NCBI GenBank assembly: GCA_964634945.1
Contig: CAZWMG010000001.1
Coordinates: 2,405-66,404, forward strand
Source of the DNA: an uncultured Planctomycetia bacterium
GTDB lineage: Bacteria; Omnitrophota; Gorgyraeia; JABMRG01
DNA length: 64,000 nucleotides
Direction: 5' to 3'
Shown: piece by piece, positions 57,323 to 64,000 of the stretch
How the letters are laid out: every line of letters begins with the position of its first letter
How positions within the stretch are numbered: position 1 is the stretch's first letter
Position numbers and translations under genes: made by a program
Notes under the pieces: generated by a model
Told to the model about the DNA's origin: nothing
What the model saw: the letters and a program-made list of their open reading frames with translations, nothing else
Database searches by the model: none

Positions 57323-58612
57323 CTATGCTCCATCGTGATTATGTGAGAAAAATTGCGAGATAAGGATCGTCGCTATGGATGTTAAGATAGCGAGAATTAA
57401 TACGGACGCGGCAATAAAAATATTTTCCAAAAGAACCGGCTTGATTATCAGGATTAAGCCTAAGAATAACATCATCAAACCGGAAACAAGCTTTAATACC
57501 TGGCCTTGCCACTCTGTTAATTTTTTTTGGTTTAGGGTCAAGCCTAGTATAAGGACGATTACAAGCAACGGTAAGACGTAGATAATGTTATAGAGTATCA
57601 GATATAAATAATACTGTATTAACGGAAGGTTTGCCAGTGTAAGAACCCGTGTATATATAAGAGGAAAACCTGCTGTACAAAATAATTCATAAGTATTGGC
57701 CATTACCCCTAATGCAATGGTTGCGAAGATTAGTGATGGCAAAGACCCCTTGCTGATCAAGTTCCTCATGCGCTCAAAGAGCTTAGGCTTTGCCTGTTCT
57801 GATATCAATAAGGATGGGCCTTTTTTAAAAAAGAAAAAATCCTTTATGTTAATCGCGGCAATAATTACAGCGATCGCTCCCGCGGCGGATGTGATCAAAT
57901 GAAGACGCCCCATAAAAATAAAAAGATTTAGCCACGCCGCCATAAAAAGAAAGTATATAAAACCGGAAAAGAATACGAATATTGCGCCTACGAAAAATAT
58001 TCGTTTTCGCGAACCGGAACGCACCAAAAGACTTAAAAGGATAAGCAATACAAAAAAAACACATGGGTTAAACGCGTCAAAACTCGCAAGAAGCAGGGTA
58101 ACAACAGGCAATGAGATATTTGATGGCTCGATCTCGCCGAAAAATGGAAGCGTTATGCGCTTTGTCTCTTTTGTGTGCTGAGTATTACCCTGAAAAATAA
58201 CGGATGGTGACTCTACTAATGGATCTACGCATTTATTTTTGAGGCAGTACTCTATTCTGTTTTCTATCTCCCGGGCAAAAGAAGCGTTATACCCGATCCA
58301 ACTCTTATTATCAATAAAAGTAGCGGGAACAACAGGTGAACTTATGTTAAAGCGCCTGGCAATTCCGGAAAAGATAATCGCGTTGTCACTATTGTTTAGC
58401 GATTCGTAAGATCTAATCTCAATCTGAGGGTATTTTTTCTTTAGATCCTGCAGGAAAACTTTCTGATGTTCACATTCTCCACAGCCTATTCCCCAAAAAA
58501 AATATATGGGTATCTTTTTTGCGTTTGCCGCATGAGCAAAACCGGGTATCAATGCTAATAATACGCAAAAGAATACAAATTTAAAAACTCGTAGCTTCAT
58601 ATATCGGTCCAA
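57323..58612 (-). CDS. thioredoxin-like CxxC domain fused to a DsbD/CcdA-family membrane domain (thiol:disulfide interchange)
   Basis: Signal peptide. N-terminal WGIGCGEC. Membrane domain with DAFNPC in TM1 and a second conserved Cys (FCTAGFPL). Confidence 0.6.
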   Translation of the reverse strand: MDRYMKLRVFKFVFFCVLLALIPGFAHAANAKKIPIYFFWGIGCGECEHQKVFLQDLKKKYPQIEIRSYESLNNSDNAIIFSGIARRFNISSPVVPATFIDNKSWIGYNASFAREIENRIEYCLKNKCVDPLVESPSVIFQGNTQHTKETKRITLPFFGEIEPSNISLPVVTLLLASFDAFNPCVFFVLLILLSLLVRSGSRKRIFFVGAIFVFFSGFIYFLFMAAWLNLFIFMGRLHLITSAAGAIAVIIAAINIKDFFFFKKGPSLLISEQAKPKLFERMRNLISKGSLPSLIFATIALGVMANTYELFCTAGFPLIYTRVLTLANLPLIQYYLYLILYNIIYVLPLLVIVLILGLTLNQKKLTEWQGQVLKLVSGLMMLFLGLILIIKPVLLENIFIAASVLILAILTSIATILISQFFSHNHDGA

Positions 58613-59236
58613 CTATTCTACCTCTGATTCCAGATTTGTTATTCTTAATTGAAGCTCTTTTATCTGCAATTGCTGTTCCTTGACAGCTTCAAGAAGCACT
58701 GCTGTAAAATTATCATATCTGACATATTTAATGCCCTCTTTATCTTCCATTACTAATTCAGGGAACTCACTTTCTAATTCCTGGGCTATAAGGCCAAGCT
58801 GTAAACCATCCTCTTTGTCCCGATCGCTGTCCTTCCAATTAAATTGTACGCCGCGTAATCGCATAAGCCTATCTAAAACTGTCTCTAAATTGTATATATT
58901 GGTCTTCAACCTCTCGTCCGATGTAATTAAGTTTCCGGCAGTATAACTGTTTGCTGAACAATACAAGATACCATTTACATTTAATTTATATGCTCCTGGA
59001 ACCGCTGTCCCGATACCGACACTACCCTCTACTAACAAATCAACAGGATCAGCAGGCATAGCGTATGTAGAACTTATGACCATTTTATTAGCAGTCAGTT
59101 CATCATAATCACCGTATGGCGCGGGATAAAAGGTGCTCAATGTAATTTGCTCTTCCGCGAAAGACGGCACTACATAGGCAGCAAGAGAAAAAACCAATAG
59201 CAATGCAACAAAAATTTTCATATTCCTACCCCCCAT
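58613..59236 (-). CDS. secreted protein with a peptidase-S74 intramolecular-chaperone (tail-fibre/endosialidase chaperone) domain
   Basis: Signal peptide MKIFVALLLVFSLAAYVVPSFA. S74 signature TSDERLKTNI...LRGVQFNWKD...GLIAQELE...VRYDNF. C-terminal coiled coil. Confidence 0.6.
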   Translation of the reverse strand: MGGRNMKIFVALLLVFSLAAYVVPSFAEEQITLSTFYPAPYGDYDELTANKMVISSTYAMPADPVDLLVEGSVGIGTAVPGAYKLNVNGILYCSANSYTAGNLITSDERLKTNIYNLETVLDRLMRLRGVQFNWKDSDRDKEDGLQLGLIAQELESEFPELVMEDKEGIKYVRYDNFTAVLLEAVKEQQLQIKELQLRITNLESEVE

Positions 59237-59305
59237 TTTTCACATTGTTTTATATGTAGAATTATACCATATAAAAAAAACTAATAACAAGTTAAAAGCA
59301 TAAAA

Positions 59306-59385
59306 AGCTAGATTCTTCCCGCCGTAGGCGACTGCCTGCCGGTAGGCAGTCGCTGGCGTGGCTTCGGTCAGCTTCTAGATTCTTC
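59306..59385. repeat. GC-rich hairpin element flanked by 13-15-bp direct repeats in the AT-rich intergenic spacer
   Basis: agctagattcttc...[gcgactgcctgcc|ggtaggcagtcgc]...agcttctagattcttc. An 11/13-bp inverted repeat is bracketed by direct repeats. Confidence 0.4.
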
Positions 59386-59451
59386 GCACTTCGCGCTCAA
59401 AATAACAAGGGGCTTAACTTTACATTTTCAGTATTGCACTTTTTTGTAAAG

Positions 59452-60708
59452 TTAAGAGATAATAAATACCTTGTCCAGCGGGTAGGCCCTGCGAGGAAAT
59501 TTTATGCCTACCCGCATACCTTTTAAAGCGGTTTTTATAGGGCTATGTTCGAATTGCATCTCTTCTACCACGCAACGGGTCGCTGGTATGCTCTTACCGG
59601 TTACTAAGATGGTGTCACCTATATTTAAGGGGCCTTTTCGGATAAGTATCTCCGCGACGCTTATCTTATTGTAAAATTTTCTCACCTCTCCAAGATAGGC
59701 CTTCTCTGTATTCTTTTCAACAGTGCCGCCGAGTGTATCAGGCTCACCCAGATAAAATCCGTTTTCAAAGCCCCTGTTGTATGATTTTTTTAGCCTTCTG
59801 ATAAGCGTATTCTTAAGCCTTGTATCTAATCGCTTGTCGCAATAAGCGTCTATAGCCTTTCGATAACATATCGAGGCCTCGCTGACATATTCAGGAGGCC
59901 GGTTTCTACCCTCTATTTTGAATGCCTTTACACCGGCCTCTATCATTTTATCCAGAAAACCTATTGTGCACAGGTCCTTCGGGCTTAGAATATAATCGCT
60001 TCCTAGAGAATAACTTGCCTCTTTTTCAATATCCTCAATAAAAAACATCCTCCTGCATGGTTGTAAGCATTCTCCTCTGTTTGCTGACTTGCCAAAAGAT
60101 TTATGTGAAAGAAAACACCTGCCTGATATACTTACACACATAGCGCCGTGGACAAAGCACTCTATACCGCATTTAAGTTTCTCGCCCTGGGCTTTCTGCG
60201 CAATTTTTTTGATATCCTTAAGACTGCACTCCCTTGCCATGACTATTCTTTTTGCCCCAGCCTTGGCATAGTACTTAAATGACTCAAAATTGGATACGCT
60301 TGCCTGTGTCGAGATATGGATGTTAAGCCCTAGTTGTTTGGCTATAGTAAAAACCGCCATATCCCATAAAATAACGCCATCAACCTTTGCCTTGGCAGCT
60401 GCTTTTAGTATAGAGGTCACCTTTTTTATTTCGTTATCATACACAATAACATTTAACGCGAGATAGCCTTTCTTTTTGTTTTTGTGAAGAAGGTTCATGA
60501 TCTTTTTAATCTCGAGTAGGTCAAAGTTCGCGGCACTCTGGCGCATATTTAGGCCCTTTATGCCGAAATAGACACTATCAGCGCCGGAGTCGATCGCGCT
60601 TCGAAGCGCGCACCAACTTCCCGCAGGCGCTGTTAACTCTACTCTGGGGACACCCTTAAGCGCGGATTTGCTCTGTTTTTTTGTGCTTTTATCGGTTTTA
60701 GTAGTCAT
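59452..60708 (-). CDS. peptidase U32 family protein
   Basis: 418 aa with the U32 core (ELTAPAGSWCALRSAIDSGADSVYFG...) and a C-terminal beta-barrel domain. Confidence 0.8.
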   Translation of the reverse strand: MTTKTDKSTKKQSKSALKGVPRVELTAPAGSWCALRSAIDSGADSVYFGIKGLNMRQSAANFDLLEIKKIMNLLHKNKKKGYLALNVIVYDNEIKKVTSILKAAAKAKVDGVILWDMAVFTIAKQLGLNIHISTQASVSNFESFKYYAKAGAKRIVMARECSLKDIKKIAQKAQGEKLKCGIECFVHGAMCVSISGRCFLSHKSFGKSANRGECLQPCRRMFFIEDIEKEASYSLGSDYILSPKDLCTIGFLDKMIEAGVKAFKIEGRNRPPEYVSEASICYRKAIDAYCDKRLDTRLKNTLIRRLKKSYNRGFENGFYLGEPDTLGGTVEKNTEKAYLGEVRKFYNKISVAEILIRKGPLNIGDTILVTGKSIPATRCVVEEMQFEHSPIKTALKGMRVGIKFPRRAYPLDKVFIIS

Positions 60709-60759
60709 ATATTAAAACTCGTAAATTTTTGTGTTTTTTTGTGCTTAAGGGTGTCCCCA
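60645..60759 (-). promoter_or_regulatory. 19-nt inverted repeat pair (17-nt perfect core) bracketing the U32 start codon. Candidate translation-control stem.
   Basis: tggggacacccttaagcgc (60645-60663, inside the CDS) versus gtgcttaagggtgtcccca (60741-60759, 5'UTR). The inner direct repeat gtttttttgtgctt occurs twice. Confidence 0.35.
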
Positions 60760-60761
60760 TG

Positions 60762-60805
60762 CAAAAACCGCAAGCTTTTAAATGCTACTTAAGCTTGCGG
60801 TTTAA
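60762..60805 (-). terminator. rho-independent terminator of the hflKC operon
   Basis: ccgcaagctt-ttaaatgctactt-aagcttgcgg is a 10-bp stem. On the minus strand it is followed by TTTTTG. It lies 27 nt downstream of the hflC stop. Confidence 0.5.
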
Positions 60806-60831
60806 TTGATTTTGCATTTTATTTAAAGGGC

Positions 60832-61794
60832 TTATTTTTTTTCTGTGCTTTTTAAGTATTCAAAGTATTCACTATCAGCGCTTAAGATCATTACGGTATC
60901 TTTATCAACGGTATCTTTATATGTATCCAATGTCTTTATGAAACCGTAAAATTCCGGATCCTGATTATACGCGTCTGCGTAAATATCTATCGCCTCCGCG
61001 TCAGCATCACCTTTTTTCTCCTCAGCTACCTTGTAAGCCTCTGATGTTATCTGCTTAAGTTCTTTTATCATCTGGCCTTCGATTTCCGCCTTCTTTCCCT
61101 GTCCTTCTGAACGGTATTTCTCTGCGGCACGTTTTCTTTCGGAAATCATCCGCTCAAAGACCTTCTGCTGTACCTCTGCTACATAGTTTATCCTCTTTAT
61201 GCGGACATCTATAAGTTCTATGCCGTATTGCGGCACGATCCTGGATGCCTCCGCTAAAATGCCCCGCGTCAATGCCTCACGGCCTATCTGTATCGTATCA
61301 AGCTCTTCATCTACCGATACCGCGTCAGGGTCATTAACCTTATCGGCATTTTCCTCAACTAAGCGATTAGTGTCTCTTACTACTTCAACGAGTTTGTGGC
61401 CCGTAATATAATCTCGTGTAGCGGAATCTACAACATCGTCTAATCTGGCGTGAGCGCCAGCCTCGTTTGTAACGGATTGCAAAAACTTTAAAGGATCTTT
61501 TATCCTCCAGCGCGCGGTTGTATCTACCCAGATATATCTCTTATCTTTTGTAGGAACCTGGTTTGGATCACCATCCCATTGCAATATCCTCTTATCAAAA
61601 TAATTTGCGTGCCTTATAAAAGGTATCTTAAAATGTAGGCCGGCTGCTGTAATAGGTTTTCCGATCGGTTCACCGAACTGCGTTATTACCACCTGCTGTG
61701 TCTGGTCTATTGTATATAACGCGCCACTGCCAAAAAGTAGTATCGCCAGTACAGCAATTGCCGCGGCTATATAGATTAATTTATTCATTAGCAT
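60832..61794 (-). CDS. hflC: FtsH protease modulator HflC (SPFH/band-7)
   Basis: N-terminal TM followed by an SPFH domain. Second gene of an overlapping pair. Confidence 0.75.
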   Translation of the reverse strand: MLMNKLIYIAAAIAVLAILLFGSGALYTIDQTQQVVITQFGEPIGKPITAAGLHFKIPFIRHANYFDKRILQWDGDPNQVPTKDKRYIWVDTTARWRIKDPLKFLQSVTNEAGAHARLDDVVDSATRDYITGHKLVEVVRDTNRLVEENADKVNDPDAVSVDEELDTIQIGREALTRGILAEASRIVPQYGIELIDVRIKRINYVAEVQQKVFERMISERKRAAEKYRSEGQGKKAEIEGQMIKELKQITSEAYKVAEEKKGDADAEAIDIYADAYNQDPEFYGFIKTLDTYKDTVDKDTVMILSADSEYFEYLKSTEKK

Positions 61795-62797
61795 CCTTGC
61801 CTTCTCCCAACCTTAACAAAGGTAATATACCCTGTTGGTTCGGGTCAATTATATATTTCTTGCCTGCCTTAGGTATTACCTCATGCATTGTTTCAAGGTA
61901 AAGGCGCTTTCTTGTAACATCTTGCGCGTTTTTATAAGCGTTCCAAACAGCTGAAAATTTCGCGGCGTCACCCTTTGCTTCGTTAATCCTGTTTAAGGCA
62001 TAACCTTCAGACTCTTTAATGGTCTTTTCGGCGTTACCGCGTGCCGCCGGAATAGCCTTATTGTATGCCTCCCAGGCCTGATTTATGACCTTCTCTTTTT
62101 CCTGCTTTGCCTCGTTTACCTCGTTAAAGGACGGCTTAACAGGGTCCGGTGGGTTTACGTCCTGAAGTTTTACCGTGACTATCTGGATACCGCTGTCATA
62201 GCTGTCAAGTATCTCCTGCAGCTGTTTCTGAACCTCTATATTTAATTCAACCCTGCGGGTAGTAAGAACCTCGCTTACAGAGTTATCGCCGACAACCTGC
62301 CTCATAACGGCCTCGGATATATTGCGTATTGTATCTCTTGGGTTTCTTATATTGAATAGTAGCTTAACAGGGTCCTTTACCTTAAACTGTATAATCCACT
62401 CAACTATGATAGCGTTTAGGTCTCCTGTAAGCATGAGAGATTCGTCAAAATATTGTTTCTGGGAATAACGTGTGACGACGCCTGATTTAAGCGTCCTGAA
62501 ACCAAACTCTTCTTTAAAGATGTACTTTACCTTTACCTTGTCAACCTTTTCTACTCCGAAAGGTATCTTGATGTGCAGGCCGGGATTTGTAGTGCGGGTG
62601 TATTTACCAAATCGCCTTACTACACCAACCTCATCAGGGCCCACTGAATAGAGGCCTGATATCAGAAAGACTATAATCAACAGCGCGGCGATTATAAACG
62701 GCGCATATTTGATAACCTCCGGCAGTTTTTTCTTACCGGCATTTATAATTTCTTCCGGGTTTATCGGGCCTTTAAAAGGTGTATTCTCAAAATCCAT
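61781..62797 (-). CDS. hflK: FtsH protease modulator HflK (SPFH/band-7)
   Basis: N-terminal TM followed by an SPFH domain (GPDEVGVVRRFGKY...). 14-nt overlap with hflC. Confidence 0.75.
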   Translation of the reverse strand: MDFENTPFKGPINPEEIINAGKKKLPEVIKYAPFIIAALLIIVFLISGLYSVGPDEVGVVRRFGKYTRTTNPGLHIKIPFGVEKVDKVKVKYIFKEEFGFRTLKSGVVTRYSQKQYFDESLMLTGDLNAIIVEWIIQFKVKDPVKLLFNIRNPRDTIRNISEAVMRQVVGDNSVSEVLTTRRVELNIEVQKQLQEILDSYDSGIQIVTVKLQDVNPPDPVKPSFNEVNEAKQEKEKVINQAWEAYNKAIPAARGNAEKTIKESEGYALNRINEAKGDAAKFSAVWNAYKNAQDVTRKRLYLETMHEVIPKAGKKYIIDPNQQGILPLLRLGEGKDANE

Positions 62798-62847
62798 TAT
62801 AGTTCCTTATTGTTTGTTAATGAGTATGTGATACTACTCTAAATAGG

Positions 62848-63474
62848 CTAACGTGTCAAGCTATTTAAATAAATAATATCTTTAAGCGGACGCTTTGGGA
62901 CGTGAAGAGTTCCTTTTTTATCAAGGTAGTATTTTACTGAACCTGCAAACCTCGCTATCTTTGATTTCATTTTTGGGTAGCCAAGGGCGATTACCGAATC
63001 TATCTCAAGGCGCCTTGGTATAGAAAACGCTTTTTTAATGCCAACCTTGTTTACCGCGCCAAGCCAACAGCTTGCTATACCTTTTGATTGCGCGAATAGC
63101 ATGATATTCTCCGCTGCCGCGCCTACGTCGCGCAGGTCAGGGCTGAAGGAATACCTTATCGCGTCCTCATCTCGCTTTAAAACAGAGTGGGATACCTTGG
63201 ACTTACTAATCAATATAATAATATAAGCTACAGGCTCACAGCCGGGATTAGGATTACCATCCGGATAGACATAACCGGCCCATTTTAAATGCTTAAATGT
63301 TTTATCGCAAAGGTCTTTCTGATTAATAACCAGGTATTCTAAGGGCTGCATATTTGCCGCTGATGGCGCTACTCTGGCACAGTTCACCATTTGCTGTAAG
63401 AGTTTTATATTGATCTTACGCGCCTGGAAATTCCTGATAGATCTCCTGGATAGAATCGTTTTATATATATCCAT
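62848..63474 (-). CDS. nitroreductase-family protein
   Basis: ILSRRSIRNFQ and APSAANMQP FMN-binding motifs. Confidence 0.8.
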   Translation of the reverse strand: MDIYKTILSRRSIRNFQARKINIKLLQQMVNCARVAPSAANMQPLEYLVINQKDLCDKTFKHLKWAGYVYPDGNPNPGCEPVAYIIILISKSKVSHSVLKRDEDAIRYSFSPDLRDVGAAAENIMLFAQSKGIASCWLGAVNKVGIKKAFSIPRRLEIDSVIALGYPKMKSKIARFAGSVKYYLDKKGTLHVPKRPLKDIIYLNSLTR

Positions 63475-63476
63475 AA

Positions 63477-64000
63477 TTACCGTTTCGGCCTACTGTAACG
63501 CTTACTAAAGCAGTCACGAATAAAAGTCTTTACTGTCTTCTTGTTAATTAAAGGTATGCTCTCGTCTTCTGTCATGCCTTTTTTAGTATAATCTATCTTA
63601 AGCTTCTCGCTCCATAATATCTTGGCCTTTTTTGTATCAATAACAGTAAAGACCACTTCCTGGAACGCGTAGCTTTCGGTGGTTAACATGTCGTAAGCTA
63701 TCGCGTATGTACCCAATAAAAGATCCACGGGATCCTTATCTGACCAGAAAAAGGTTACAAGATTACAGCTTATGGCTATATCGGAATCCTCTTTCCTATC
63801 AACTATCTCAAATACTATGCTCTTTCTATTGCTAAGGGCGTCTTTGAGCTCCTTGGCAAGGGCATCGGCATCGGCCTTGTTGTTATCCGAAAGATTCTCA
63901 ATAGGCGGGATATAGACCTTTGTAACGGCCTTTTTTCTGAATAGGTTGTATAGGTTTGTCTTGTCCTTACAAAAGCCATGGCTTGAGATGACCAGAACTA
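63477..64000 (-). CDS. hypothetical protein, C-terminal part. The ORF continues beyond the window end. The track's 83-aa ORF is only its tail.
   Basis: Own translation extends in frame upstream of the listed start: ...VLVISSHGFCKDKTNLYNLFRKKAVTKVYIPPIENLSDNNKADADALAKELKDALSNRKSIVFEIVD...FFWSDKDPVDLLLGTYA... No stop occurs up to base 64000. The VYIPPIENLSDN...ALAKEL pattern resembles TolB-N/LpoB/CsgG-like alpha/beta domains. Confidence 0.45.
   Translation of the reverse strand, partial: VLVISSHGFCKDKTNLYNLFRKKAVTKVYIPPIENLSDNNKADADALAKELKDALSNRKSIVFEIVDRKEDSDIAISCNLVTFFWSDKDPVDLLLGTYAIAYDMLTTESYAFQEVVFTVIDTKKAKILWSEKLKIDYTKKGMTEDESIPLINKKTVKTFIRDCFSKRYSRPKR

Noticed and set aside
58613-59236. 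Prophage suspected because of the tail-fibre chaperone (S74) domain
   Set aside because: There are no capsid, terminase, portal or integrase genes, or any other phage genes, within 20 kb. Neighbours are housekeeping genes (dsbD-like, U32, hflKC).

Overview
This 64 kb window comes from an AT-rich bacterial chromosome. Every convincing gene is on the minus strand, and the plus-strand ORFs in the track look like shadow ORFs. No rRNA, CRISPR array, integrase or transposase was seen. The window contains one tRNA, tRNA-Ala(CGC), at 24721..24796.

Recognisable gene content, in order:
- A small stress cluster at 0.7-4.2 kb: a Spy/CpxP-like periplasmic chaperone, an OsmC/Ohr peroxidase, a WYL-domain regulator and a MATE efflux pump. 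The Spy-like gene is bracketed by two copies of a perfect 50-bp palindrome.
- A DeaD-type DEAD-box helicase.
- Two giant secreted or membrane ORFs, 2759 aa at 6696..14975 and 2314 aa at 16379..23323. They flank a YkgJ-type Cys-cluster protein and a MORN-like secreted protein.
- GMP synthase subunit B, an LpxH-like phosphoesterase, HdeD, a UvrD helicase and a DnaQ-like exonuclease.
- A complete Bat/MoxR aerotolerance-type operon: moxR, DUF58, a small TM protein, batA, batB, batC, batD and batE.
- Housekeeping genes: rlmN, a PP2C membrane phosphatase, a short pyruvate kinase, parvulin, greA, an epimerase, a CPA2 antiporter and BI-1.
- An aspartate 4-decarboxylase with an AAE-family Asp:Ala antiporter.
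- rlmB, a DsbD-like protein, a peptidase-S74 chaperone-domain protein, a U32 peptidase, hflK/hflC and a nitroreductase.

The part most likely to be new is the 6.1-24.7 kb block next to the 3' end of tRNA-Ala:
- Giant ORF 1 combines a TraB/TIKI-like N-terminal region, internal TM helices, HEAT-like repeats, a tandemly duplicated ~210-aa module and a GHKL-type ATPase motif set.
- Giant ORF 2 is a triplicated polyprotein-like architecture containing about 31 copies of an undescribed 31-residue helical repeat.
- Both giants use the same SSSSG linker at module boundaries, and ORF 2 contains near-identical DNA repeats of about 180 bp.
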